Source: a virus (Duplodnaviria; Caudoviricetes). Taken from it: a DNA stretch of 48,404 nt. The stretch spans positions 1 through 48,404 of the IMG/VR virus record IMGVR_UViG_3300014208_000012, one strand, 5' to 3'. Of this stretch, positions 8,397 to 17,020 are shown piece after piece (position 1 is the first letter of the stretch; every line of letters begins with the position of its first letter). Position numbers and translations under genes: made by a program. The notes under the pieces were generated by a model. It was not told where the DNA came from. It saw nothing but the letters and a program-made list of their open reading frames with translations, and did not search any database.

Positions 8397-8539
8397 TGTG
8401 GCCCCCTCGTGTCCCAGCCGATGACATAGCCCGACAGCAGGGAAAGCGGCACCAGGGAAAGAAAGGGCGAGGCGTAGACGGCCGCGATAACGGATAGCGG
8501 CAGCGCGATAAGCGCCAGTAGAAAGATACGGAAACGCAT
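8393..8539 (-). CDS. Tiny membrane protein (48 aa, MRFRIFLLALIALP...)
   Basis: Fills the gap; hydrophobic; coupled. Confidence 0.55.
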   Translation of the reverse strand: MRFRIFLLALIALPLSVIAAVYASPFLSLVPLSLLSGYVIGWDTRGPQ

Positions 8540-8547
8540 TTGTCGTG

Positions 8548-8781
8548 TCATCTCTCCAACCTCATCCCGTTCGCCCTCGCAAACCTCGCCAGCGCTTCCA
8601 ACTCATCCTTCTCCGCCACCTCGGCAATGGTACGGAGCATCAGTTGCAAATCCTCGTGCGACCACACGGCGCGTTCGCGGATGACATCGGCGGTGGCCAG
8701 TAGCAGCTTGCTGCCCGGTAGGTGGCGGCAGAAGAGGTCATAGGAAGCGAAGAGTTCGGAGGCCATCCAGGTTGTTTGCAT
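8548..8781 (-). CDS. Hypothetical protein
   Basis: RBS; abuts upstream stop. Confidence 0.6.
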   Translation of the reverse strand: MQTTWMASELFASYDLFCRHLPGSKLLLATADVIRERAVWSHEDLQLMLRTIAEVAEKDELEALARFARANGMRLER

Positions 8782-9225
8782 CTACATTCCCCCTGCTTCC
8801 CATAGCAGCTTTTGACCAGTCGGATGCGTATCAACTCGTGGCCGGGAAGCGCGTGACCATCCCCCGCCCTTCGTCTCGTAGAGCACTTCCCACCCAGCGG
8901 CTATCAGGCTCGTTCCCTTTTCACTTTTCAGCGTGTAAGTAATTACTCGCTTGTATCCCATCGCCCGCGCTGCCCGGAAAGCGGCGGCATAGAGCTTACT
9001 GGCAGCGTGCGGGGTGCCGTCAGTGCAACAGCGCGTTATCTCCGCCGTCCAGCCATTGTCAAGGTTACGACTCACCGGCCTGCCGACGGTGACAACGCCG
9101 ACAATGCCAAATTCATCGGCCACACCAATGCAGAACTTACAGCCCCGCACAATGCCGTGGTGGCGGTGATGCTTTTTGATAAAGGCGTTAGCTTCCCTGA
9201 AGGTGATGGGAACAAGTTCTAGCAT
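8782..9225 (-). CDS. XF1762-family (GNAT/Mom-like) protein
   Basis: PITFREANAFIKKHHRHH, GRPVSR, EITRCCTDG, MGYKRVITYTL, SLIAAGW motifs. Confidence 0.8.
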   Translation of the reverse strand: MLELVPITFREANAFIKKHHRHHGIVRGCKFCIGVADEFGIVGVVTVGRPVSRNLDNGWTAEITRCCTDGTPHAASKLYAAAFRAARAMGYKRVITYTLKSEKGTSLIAAGWEVLYETKGGGWSRASRPRVDTHPTGQKLLWEAGGM

Positions 9226-9326
9226 CAGCGTTTACGCCCCTGATCCAGTTCGTCTAATATCGCCACCACTAGAACCATAAAAGCCCCGAGGATTAACTGT
9301 AGCCAACAGGTTGTTTGTGCGTCCAT
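9225..9326 (-). CDS. Tiny membrane protein (33 aa)
   Basis: TGATG coupling on both sides; hydrophobic core. Confidence 0.5.
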   Translation of the reverse strand: MDAQTTCWLQLILGAFMVLVVAILDELDQGRKR

Positions 9327-9952
9327 CAGTCCCCCCTCTTGCAGCTTTTACTATGCCCCGCCCACGCTTGCCGGTTGCGCGCTACAAAGCCGCACTTGCA
9401 GCGGCGCGGGTAGATGCTGCCGGCTACAACCGGCTTTTTCTCGGCTGCAACCGGATGCGCCTTTTGTGCAACGGGCGGTTGCTGTGGCTGCGCAGCGCGG
9501 GCAGTGGCCAGCGTTACTAGCGCCAGGACGGTTGCAAGATGCACCAGGCTGGCCCAGGCCCATTGCAGGCCGCCGCTCAGGATGCTGGCCAGTTGCACGC
9601 CCTGCACCTTGGTCATCAGCACGGGTACAACGATGCACGCGCCTACAAGCGTTTGCACACCGGCGGCTGCAAGCGGTACATACCACAGCACGAGCTTGCG
9701 ACGCTTGGCTGCAAAGGATACCTTGAAGCCGATGTAGGCGGCCAACTCGTAGCAGAAGCCGAACACCAGGCCGGTGATGGGCGTCGCCGGCACGTTCCAG
9801 CCGAATAGTTGCAGGTCGGGCTCGGCAAACTGAAACGCCAGGGAAAAACGCACGACGGGCACAATCAGCAACGCCAGGACGATAAGCTCGAACCAGTCCA
9901 CCGGGCCGAGTAGTTGGCGAGCATCGTCTAGAAAGCGGCGTAGGTGAGTCAT
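9326..9952 (-). CDS. Multi-pass membrane protein with C-terminal C2HC zinc finger
   Basis: About four TM segments then RCKCGF...AGHSKSC. Confidence 0.7.
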   Translation of the reverse strand: MTHLRRFLDDARQLLGPVDWFELIVLALLIVPVVRFSLAFQFAEPDLQLFGWNVPATPITGLVFGFCYELAAYIGFKVSFAAKRRKLVLWYVPLAAAGVQTLVGACIVVPVLMTKVQGVQLASILSGGLQWAWASLVHLATVLALVTLATARAAQPQQPPVAQKAHPVAAEKKPVVAGSIYPRRCKCGFVARNRQAWAGHSKSCKRGD

Positions 9953-10146
9953 CTCCCCAACTCCTTTAGCTGGTTAGTTACCGTGTTGCGGTGGACATGC
10001 AAAAACTCCGCAATCTCTCCGACCTTGTAGCCATCGGCGCGCATCTTTAGGATCAGCATCTGCCCCAGGCTGAGACAGCGGATCGCATCGCGGCGGTCGA
10101 TCCAGTCCACGAGGTCGCGCTCGAAGGGATTGCTAAAGGTGTGCAT
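9949..10146 (-). CDS. Small HTH protein (sigma70 region 4/LuxR-like)
   Basis: LSLGQMLIL...GYKVGEIAEFLHVHRNTV. Confidence 0.8.
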   Translation of the reverse strand: MHTFSNPFERDLVDWIDRRDAIRCLSLGQMLILKMRADGYKVGEIAEFLHVHRNTVTNQLKELGR

Positions 10147-10149
10147 TGG

Positions 10150-12441
10150 CTAGGCCTCCAGCGCCAGCGCCTCTTGCGGTAGCAGGTCAAACAGTGTCAT
10201 CTGCTTCCGTTCCGTGACCAGTCGCAGATTCTTGACCGCAATCTCAAAGTAGCTCGGCTTTAGCTCGATGCCAACGAAACGACGCCCCAGGCGGCGGGCC
10301 ACATAACCCTCGCTGCCGATGCCCATAAACGGGCTGAGGATCATCTCCCCAGGATTCGAGTACAACTTGACGCAGCGCTCGATTGTGCCAAGCTGGAGCG
10401 GGCAAATATGCTTTTCGTCGTCAGCGGCGCGGGCGGTAGAATACTGGAGCGTGTCCGTTTCCTGGATGCCAATCCAGATCCCGTGCGCCCATTCGATCCA
10501 GGTCTCGTTGTCCATTTCCCCGTTCTGTACCGGCGTAACCGGCACGGCATTATCGCCCGGCTTCTTGAAGATGAGCACTTGGTCAATCAGGGCCGGGCGG
10601 CTATCGCTGCTGTCCTTGGCCAGTTGGACAAATAGCAGTCCTTTGCTTTTCGTGCGGATGGCCTGCGCCTGGGGATTCTTTTGCACAAAGGCGCGTCCGG
10701 TAAATACCCAGCCCTCTTTCTCATAGGCGCGGATGACCTCGCCGGGAAAGTCCTTGATGCCAATGTAGCCGTCCCGCTGTGACATAGCCGGGATGTCGGA
10801 GGTGTGGACGCAGGTCAAGCGGCCCGGTTTTGTCACGCGCAGTACCTCGCGGATGATAAAGGCGTAGTGATTGAAAAACTGCCCCCAGCCGCAGTTATTG
10901 CCCAGGTCGTGGTCGCTGGCGCTGTAGGTGTACAGGTCGGCAAAGGGTGGGCTGTAGACGCTCAGGTCAACGCTGTTTTCTTCCAGCTCCTTCAGCCGCA
11001 AGCAGGAATCCCCAAGCAGTGCGGTAAACCCGTTGCCCGTAACAGTGTCCTCTTGGTATTCTTCCTCAACGTTGCTCTCGCCCATGATCTCCTCCTTCTC
11101 ATAGTCCTTCATCGCTTCCAGCAGGCCGGCGCGCAAGTGCTGATTCAGGTTGTCTTTCCGCTGGATATTGTGCCAGATCTCTTCTTCCACGTCAGCCAGG
11201 AGTGTGTGCACGTCAACCGGGAATTCCTGCCGATAGCGGTATTCGCGGCGGATGCACTGATAATAGGCCTCCCAGCTATCGGACAGGCCAAAGAAGGCCA
11301 TGTGGTGGGCATTCTGAAAGTTCATACCGAATCCGCCGATACGCGGCTTTGTAATCAGAACGCGGTATTTGCCGTCCTGGAAATCCTCAAAGGCCTGCGC
11401 CTTGAATTCGGGAGAGTCGGCGCCTGCCACCTCAATGGCCTGGGGGAGTAGGCTCGCCAGCATCCGGCTTTCCGCTTCCAGTCCACACCAGATAATCCAT
11501 TGGCCCTCGCCTTTTTCCAGCAGGTCCAGGAGTACGGCTACCTTGTTTTCAGCCGTTCCCCGCCGTACCGTGTGCCGATCCGCTACGCCGTGCATATGCG
11601 TGAAGAATAGTTCGCCCTCGGGGATGTAATCGGTCGGTACAAAGTGCGGCGTAATGGTCAACTCGGGCAGGATAAAGCCGTCGTCGTCGTAGTCCAGGTC
11701 GGACGGCTTGACAATGGTCATGGCCCACGTGGCCAGCCAGCGGTAGAAAGGCTTTTCCGCGTGATGCTTCAGCCGCCATTCCTGCCCGCCCTTGTTGCTG
11801 CCCTTGCGGCGGAAGAAGCGCCCGTCAGCGTCCTGGAGTTGGTGCTCCTTGTTGGCATTGATAAAGAAGCGGGCCAGCATCTCGGCGCGGGTACAGATGC
11901 CCAGGAATTCGGCGTGGTTGCCCAGTTCAATGTGGTCATTCGGCGCGGGTGTGGCCGTGCAGCAGAGGCGGTACGGCGTCTCGGAAAACATCTCCGTCAG
12001 CCGCTTGCGGGTCTTGCCGTCCAGACCTTTGAGGATGCTGCTTTCGTCCAGCACCACCGCGCCAAAGTCGGCGGCGTTGAAATTGTCGAGCATCTCATAA
12101 TTTGTGATAAACAGGTTGCCGTCGTCGGGGAGGTCGATCCCACTGCGAACGTACCGCACCTTTATCCCGAGGTCATTGGCCATCCGCGCCGTCTGCCGCG
12201 CCACGGAAAGCGGGGCCACGATCAGGGTCCGCTTGCCCATCAGCCGCGCCCATTCCAGTTGTATGTACGTTTTCCCCAGGCCGGTATCCGCAAAGATGGC
12301 CGCGCGGCCCTTACCGCAGGCCCAGCGGACCATATCCCGCTGGAATTGAAACAGCGCCGGGTGAATATCGGCGTCCTGTACCTTGATGCCAGCCGCAGGA
12401 ACGATAGCTAACTTTGCCGCTAGAAACTCATCGTAGTTCAT
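10150..12441 (-). CDS. SNF2-like helicase fused to an amino-DNA methyltransferase (beta class)
   Basis: DTGLGKT, LDESS, TATP, GFGMNFQ helicase motifs; then LGDSC, SVYSPPF, HICP, SPFMGIGS MTase motifs in one ORF. Confidence 0.9.
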   Translation of the reverse strand: MNYDEFLAAKLAIVPAAGIKVQDADIHPALFQFQRDMVRWACGKGRAAIFADTGLGKTYIQLEWARLMGKRTLIVAPLSVARQTARMANDLGIKVRYVRSGIDLPDDGNLFITNYEMLDNFNAADFGAVVLDESSILKGLDGKTRKRLTEMFSETPYRLCCTATPAPNDHIELGNHAEFLGICTRAEMLARFFINANKEHQLQDADGRFFRRKGSNKGGQEWRLKHHAEKPFYRWLATWAMTIVKPSDLDYDDDGFILPELTITPHFVPTDYIPEGELFFTHMHGVADRHTVRRGTAENKVAVLLDLLEKGEGQWIIWCGLEAESRMLASLLPQAIEVAGADSPEFKAQAFEDFQDGKYRVLITKPRIGGFGMNFQNAHHMAFFGLSDSWEAYYQCIRREYRYRQEFPVDVHTLLADVEEEIWHNIQRKDNLNQHLRAGLLEAMKDYEKEEIMGESNVEEEYQEDTVTGNGFTALLGDSCLRLKELEENSVDLSVYSPPFADLYTYSASDHDLGNNCGWGQFFNHYAFIIREVLRVTKPGRLTCVHTSDIPAMSQRDGYIGIKDFPGEVIRAYEKEGWVFTGRAFVQKNPQAQAIRTKSKGLLFVQLAKDSSDSRPALIDQVLIFKKPGDNAVPVTPVQNGEMDNETWIEWAHGIWIGIQETDTLQYSTARAADDEKHICPLQLGTIERCVKLYSNPGEMILSPFMGIGSEGYVARRLGRRFVGIELKPSYFEIAVKNLRLVTERKQMTLFDLLPQEALALEA

Positions 12442-12626
12442 TTGCTTTCCTTTCCTTCCACCGGCAGCAGTTCCTCCGGCCTGAAATACATTTCGTAGTC
12501 ATTCTGCCCCACGTGTACCTTGACGCGATGTTGGCCCAGGATGCAGGAATCAGCGCCCAGGTCTTCGGCGAAGAGGCCGCGGAAGATAGAGTCCGGCTCG
12601 CGAGGGGCCAGTACAACGGTGGTCAC
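12438..12626 (-). CDS. Hypothetical protein
   Basis: GGAGG RBS; coupled at both ends. Confidence 0.6.
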   Translation of the reverse strand: MTTVVLAPREPDSIFRGLFAEDLGADSCILGQHRVKVHVGQNDYEMYFRPEELLPVEGKESK

Positions 12627-12871
12627 GGCTTGCCTCCTATCCGCCCAGCAGCCGCACGCAACTCGTACTCATCAGCCTGCAACTGGGCAACGCGGGTCGT
12701 CGTCGATGTTCCGCCGGCCAGGGCCAACGCGACGACGTGACAGGCGCCGGCGGCGCGCAGCAGGACCTGGGGATCGATGGTCAGATGGCGGACGTCGACG
12801 CCGTTCGCCGTCATCTCCACGGTGGCGGGCGCGCCACAGATCGGGCAGTTTCGAGGCTCAACGGGTGTCAT
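12623..12871 (-). CDS. Hypothetical protein with CPICG zinc-ribbon start
   Basis: RBS; coupled. Confidence 0.6.
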   Translation of the reverse strand: MTPVEPRNCPICGAPATVEMTANGVDVRHLTIDPQVLLRAAGACHVVALALAGGTSTTTRVAQLQADEYELRAAAGRIGGKP

Positions 12872-12874
12872 CGG

Positions 12875-13732
12875 CTAGCTCTCCCTGGCGCCGGCGAGTG
12901 CGCCCGCGCGCCGGCGCTGATAGTTCGCGGCCGAGAGGCGGCGGCTGAGTTCTTTGCGGCAGTTGGGCCCGCAGATCGTCGCGTTTTTCGACATGTCCGC
13001 CGGGATCGGCGCGTCGCAGACGACGCAGTGGCGAGCCGTTTCGCGCTCGCGGACTTGCAGACAGGGGTAGCAGAGCGATCCCCCGCCGTTACCGTCGACC
13101 TTGTACAGGTGGGCGGCCGTCTTGCCGCAGACCGGGCACGTGCCGGCGCCCGTTTCCCGGCCGGCCAGGCGCTTGCTCAATCCGTTGACGTAGCCGGGAT
13201 CGCGGGCCAACTCTTGGCGGCTGCGATAGGCCGCGTAGTCACGGCGGGCGGTTTCCCGGCGCGTGTCTGCCCCGAGGTCGACCGCAGCCACAGCCGGCCC
13301 GCTGTCTTCCCCTCCGCCAGGAAGCGGTACTGCCGCGCCGTCGGATACGGCACTTCCGCGATGATCTTCCGGCTGCGGATCGTCTCCAGGTCCTCGGGGC
13401 TCGCACAGTCCGCTATGACGACGGGAATAACCCGTGTACCATTCAGAGAAAGGTAGCCCGTCCTCCCCAGATCCGCGCAACTCGGCGTCGCGATCGGCGT
13501 CAGTCCCGGCGGGATCGTCACGTGTTGGTTGGCCGCAATCTGCCGCCAATCCCAATTCTCCGCGTAGTAAACCACGGTCCCGGTTGAGAGCGGTAAAGCG
13601 CTGAGCAAGGCTAAAAGGTAGATCCACATCGGCGGCTCCTTTCGCAGGGCCGGCCAGGTGAAGCACCAGGTCGACCAGTTTCCGGTTCGTTTCCAGCAGG
13701 TCCAGAAAAGCCTTGGCTTCTGTTGCGCTCAT
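12875..13732 (-). CDS. 285-aa ORF ending in a double zinc-finger domain (the zinc-finger part may also start at TTG 13180)
   Basis: ATGA-coupled start with AAGGGG RBS; no stop until 12875; CPVC..CYPC..CVVC..CGPNC. Confidence 0.55.
   Translation of the reverse strand: MSATEAKAFLDLLETNRKLVDLVLHLAGPAKGAADVDLPFSLAQRFTALNRDRGLLRGELGLAADCGQPTRDDPAGTDADRDAELRGSGEDGLPFSEWYTGYSRRHSGLCEPRGPGDDPQPEDHRGSAVSDGAAVPLPGGGEDSGPAVAAVDLGADTRRETARRDYAAYRSRQELARDPGYVNGLSKRLAGRETGAGTCPVCGKTAAHLYKVDGNGGGSLCYPCLQVRERETARHCVVCDAPIPADMSKNATICGPNCRKELSRRLSAANYQRRRAGALAGARES
13177..13629 (-). CDS. Secreted double-psi beta-barrel (RlpA/3D-like) protein
   Basis: AAGGAG RBS, signal peptide, GTVVYYA...IATPSCADLG...VVIADC pattern. 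Confidence 0.65.
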   Translation of the reverse strand: MWIYLLALLSALPLSTGTVVYYAENWDWRQIAANQHVTIPPGLTPIATPSCADLGRTGYLSLNGTRVIPVVIADCASPEDLETIRSRKIIAEVPYPTARQYRFLAEGKTAGRLWLRSTSGQTRAGKPPAVTTRPIAAAKSWPAIPATSTD

Positions 13733-13896
13733 CGTGTCCCCTTTCGCCGCTCTTGCCGCGGCTTTGCTACACTTGGTTTTCCAACTCCGGCAACCTTGCA
13801 GTCTTCCCGTTGCGGCTTGTTGCGGTCTTTGCGCTGTTCGACCATTTGCCGCCTGAGCTGCTCGATGACGTCGCGAATCGGTACAAAGTCGGCCAT
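13729..13896 (-). CDS. Small basic hypothetical protein (55 aa, MADFVPIRDVIEQL...)
   Basis: AGGAG RBS right after the dnaB stop; coupled to the next start. Confidence 0.55.
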   Translation of the reverse strand: MADFVPIRDVIEQLRRQMVEQRKDRNKPQREDCKVAGVGKPSVAKPRQERRKGTR

Positions 13897-13899
13897 GGT

Positions 13900-15255
13900 T
13901 TACTCCTGAAAGAGAAAACGGGGGCCGTCGAAAAAGATCGTGCCCTGGCCCAGCGGGCCGTTGCGGTTCTTGCCCACCTTCCAGTGGACGATGCGATAGC
14001 CGGCCTCTTCTACCCAGTGGCCCTCCTTGTCCTTCTCGCTCCACAGGAAGATCACCGCGTGGGCGTCCTGCTCGTACTGGCCCGACTCGCGCAGGTTTTC
14101 CAGCTCCGGCTCGCCGTTCTCGGTCTTGCCGCGGTTGAGCTGCGAGATCCCCAGGACCGGGATCTCCAGGTCGCGCGCCAGTTTCTTTAGCGCCTTGGAG
14201 ATGCGCGTGTTGATCTCGACCAGGCTGCGCCCGTCCTCCTCGATGATCTGCACATAGTCGACGATCAGGAGATCGAGCCGCTCGGCCGCTAACCGGGCCA
14301 TGCACTCCAGCCGCAGGGCGGCCAGGTCGGCCGAGGTGTCCAGGTAGGAAACCGACCCGGGCCAGTCCTCGACCTCGGCCAGGACCTGCGCCACCAGCGC
14401 CTTTTTGTTGGGCCCCAGGTCGCGCAGGTTGCAGGCCTCGCCCCACGATAGTCCGGCCAGCCGGCAGAGCCGCCGCCGGCCCAGGTCCTCGGCCAGCGTC
14501 TCCAGGGAAGTAAAGAGCACGTGGCGGCCGGCCATGGCGTTGGCGTCGGCGATGCACTCGCCGGCCGAGGTCTTGCCGATCGAGGGGCGGGCGGCCAAGA
14601 GCAGCAGGGCGCCCGGCCGCATCATCACGACCTCATCCCACACCGGCAGCCCCTCGCGCACTTCGCTTTCGCCGTCGGGGCCATCGACGGTGTAGCGATA
14701 GCCGAACGTCGGCAGGCAGACCGGGTTGCTCGATCGCATCTCGTCCAAGAGCGTCCCGGCTACCTCGGCCGACGACTTGGCCGCGAGCAGCTCAGCGCTT
14801 TCGGCGGCCTGGCTGAGGATCTCCATCGCCGCGGCGAAGGGGTCGGGCACCTGGTCGGGGTCGGCCGCCGCCAGCGGGCCGATCTGCGCCACGGCCGAGA
14901 CGAAGCGGCGCAACCGCGCTTCCCGCTGCACGATGCCGACGTAATACTCGACATGCACGGCGGTGGGGACCGCCTCGCTCAGCCCGGAAAGGTAATCCAT
15001 CCCGCCCACGTGCTCCAGCTGCTCGCGCTTGTCCAGCTCCGCCCCCACCGTGACCAGGTCGGGCGGGACGCGGCGGTCGTAACAGGCGCGCGCGGCGGCG
15101 TAGATCAGGCCGTGCACGTCGCGGTAAAAGTCGGTCGCTTTGAGGAGAGGCGCGACGGCGATAATGGCGTCGCGGTGCTGGAGGATCGCCCCCAGGACGG
15201 CCCGCTCGGCCTCAATGTTGTAGTAGGTCAGCTTTCTATCCGGTTGCTGCGGCAT
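13900..15255 (-). CDS. dnaB: Replicative DNA helicase
   Basis: EAERAVLG N-terminal domain, AARPSIGKT, IVDYVQ, SQLNR, LRESGQYEQDA, KNRNGP. Confidence 0.95.
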   Translation of the reverse strand: MPQQPDRKLTYYNIEAERAVLGAILQHRDAIIAVAPLLKATDFYRDVHGLIYAAARACYDRRVPPDLVTVGAELDKREQLEHVGGMDYLSGLSEAVPTAVHVEYYVGIVQREARLRRFVSAVAQIGPLAAADPDQVPDPFAAAMEILSQAAESAELLAAKSSAEVAGTLLDEMRSSNPVCLPTFGYRYTVDGPDGESEVREGLPVWDEVVMMRPGALLLLAARPSIGKTSAGECIADANAMAGRHVLFTSLETLAEDLGRRRLCRLAGLSWGEACNLRDLGPNKKALVAQVLAEVEDWPGSVSYLDTSADLAALRLECMARLAAERLDLLIVDYVQIIEEDGRSLVEINTRISKALKKLARDLEIPVLGISQLNRGKTENGEPELENLRESGQYEQDAHAVIFLWSEKDKEGHWVEEAGYRIVHWKVGKNRNGPLGQGTIFFDGPRFLFQE

Positions 15256-16201
15256 GGATCGGCTCCTTTCTCTGGGCGGCCAGGGCCTGCGCCCGGGCCT
15301 TCGTGGCCTCGTCGACGTGGGGCTCGGTTCCGTTACCGTTTTTCTTTCCATCCCCGGCCCTACCCTCCAGAGTGGCCCGGATGTAGCTCATGCTACACTT
15401 CTTGCCGCTCACGGCCTGATCGGTAGCTATTTTGACCTCGTCGAGTGGCCACAGGAAGAGGAGGGATAGAAACGCCACGACATCATCGGTGGACAGGCGT
15501 TTCCCGTGGTCCAGGTTACGGGCAAATTTCGGCAAATATTCTACCAGGACAGTCAGGGCCGCGGGGGTAGGTGGGTATTCCGTTACTGCCGCTTCGATGT
15601 GTTCGGATTCGACGTAGCTGGAGAATATCATCCCGGCTGACTCGCAGGCCTGGTAAACGATTTGCAGCGCCGTCGCGGCTACATAGCCTTCACCTTCTAC
15701 TTCGCCTTCACCTTCGCATTCACCTTCAACTTCACATTCAACTTCGTTACTAGGTAGGGGCAAGGTAGGCGCTACGTAGGCGCTAGGTAGGGGCGGGGTA
15801 GCAACTGCGAAGCCACCAGGATGCGACCAGTTAGAGGTCTGGATAGCATTCCCCAGGCCGTGATAGCGGACGCGGTCAGTCCACCCCTCCGGCGCGGGCA
15901 GCTTGGACGGCGCGGCCCATGAGGTGCGGTGTTGGTACTGCCACCACTTGGTGATCTGGATGCAGCCCTCGTAGAGTAGGATCATCTCTTGCTCAGCCAT
16001 CTCTGCCAACAGGTCAGGGATATCGGCCCTGGTGATTTCGTCGACGTTGGGACAGACGCCCCACTTCAGCGCCTGGGCGTCGGCCTGCAAGCGGCCCTGA
16101 TCGTCGGCGGCCGCCAGCAGCATGGGCCAGAGCACTTTGGCTTTGAGAGAAAGGCGCCCGAAAGAGAGTGATTGTCCCAGTGGCTCGATCATCCTACTCA
16201 T
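15236..16201 (-). CDS. Phage replication initiator (replisome organizer, DnaD-like C-terminus)
   Basis: ADDQGRL N-terminal wHTH-like region, low-complexity EGE linker, SYIRATLE motif; directly upstream of dnaB. Confidence 0.8.
   Translation of the reverse strand: MSRMIEPLGQSLSFGRLSLKAKVLWPMLLAAADDQGRLQADAQALKWGVCPNVDEITRADIPDLLAEMAEQEMILLYEGCIQITKWWQYQHRTSWAAPSKLPAPEGWTDRVRYHGLGNAIQTSNWSHPGGFAVATPPLPSAYVAPTLPLPSNEVECEVEGECEGEGEVEGEGYVAATALQIVYQACESAGMIFSSYVESEHIEAAVTEYPPTPAALTVLVEYLPKFARNLDHGKRLSTDDVVAFLSLLFLWPLDEVKIATDQAVSGKKCSMSYIRATLEGRAGDGKKNGNGTEPHVDEATKARAQALAAQRKEPIHAAATG
15750..15801. repeat. Putative replication-origin iterons inside the initiator gene
   Basis: GTAG at 15754, 15765, 15776, 15787 and 15798 (exact 11-bp period); CTAGGTAGGGGC twice, GTAGGCGCTA twice. 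Confidence 0.7.
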
Positions 16202-16228
16202 AGTGTTTTATCCCCGTACACGTGTGCG

Positions 16229-16813
16229 CTATACATCCGGCTCGGCGACCGGCTCGATCCGGATGCGGATCCACTTGCCCTTGTAGGCGTCCAGGACCTG
16301 TTTCAGGTTCACCGTCTCGGAGAGGATATAGCCGCCTTCCCCGTCCTCCTGGAGCAGCCCGGTCGCGTCGAACTTGTAGGCATTCAGGAGGTACTGGCGA
16401 AAATCGCGGATGCTCAGCTCGCGGTCGGCGGCGACTGCTACTTCCTTCCAGGCCGCGCGGGGATCCGGGCAGATCAGCACGGCCTCGCGGAAGAAGCTCC
16501 ACTCCAGCTCCTCGGCCAGCTCGCGGTGCTCGCGCGTGAACCACTCGGCGACCTGGGCGTGCTGGCGGACGTAGGACTCGCTGCGCCGGCACTGGGAGGC
16601 CACGTAGCGAAGCGTGCCGGCCACGGCGCGGCGGCCGTCGCGAGCGGAGAGCCGGCGCTCGGAGGCGATGACCTCGGCCTGGCGCTTCACCTGCAGCGCA
16701 ATGTCCCCTCGCCGCCAGTGGGTGCCGGCCTCGGTTTGATCTTCGCTGATGAGGAGGCTAATGACTTCCTCTAAACTGTCAGGATCAAGAAGAACGTTTT
16801 TATTGTCGCTCAT
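16229..16813 (-). CDS. Hypothetical protein
   Basis: GAGG RBS; globular composition (HWRRGD...LEWSFFREA). Confidence 0.7.
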   Translation of the reverse strand: MSDNKNVLLDPDSLEEVISLLISEDQTEAGTHWRRGDIALQVKRQAEVIASERRLSARDGRRAVAGTLRYVASQCRRSESYVRQHAQVAEWFTREHRELAEELEWSFFREAVLICPDPRAAWKEVAVAADRELSIRDFRQYLLNAYKFDATGLLQEDGEGGYILSETVNLKQVLDAYKGKWIRIRIEPVAEPDV

Positions 16814-16916
16814 TGTTGTCACACCTCTTGCTCATCGCCAGGCAGCTCCAGAGCACGAGGCCGATGGCAATCCCGGCCAGTAGCCCACCGATGCAGGCGA
16901 AGACAGTGGCGGTCAT
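16800..16916 (-). CDS. Tiny membrane protein (38 aa)
   Basis: ATGA coupling; hydrophobic. Confidence 0.55.
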   Translation of the reverse strand: MTATVFACIGGLLAGIAIGLVLWSCLAMSKRCDNNERQ

Positions 16917-17020
16917 CGGCCCACCACCCCGGCGATCACGAACTGATGCTCCAGCACGATGGTCAGGTAGAGCAGCAGGAGGCCCATCAGGAAGAAGAAA
17001 ACAACGATCCCCTTTGACAT
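16913..17020 (-). CDS. Tiny membrane protein (35 aa, MSKGIVVFFFLMG...)
   Basis: AAAGG RBS; hydrophobic. Confidence 0.5.
   Translation of the reverse strand: MSKGIVVFFFLMGLLLLYLTIVLEHQFVIAGVVGR

Noticed and set aside
13733-14557. N-terminal half of the 560-aa ORF 12875..14557
   Set aside because: Alternative frame of dnaB and the 55-aa gene with Arg/Gly/Pro junk composition; only the part from 13732 is supported
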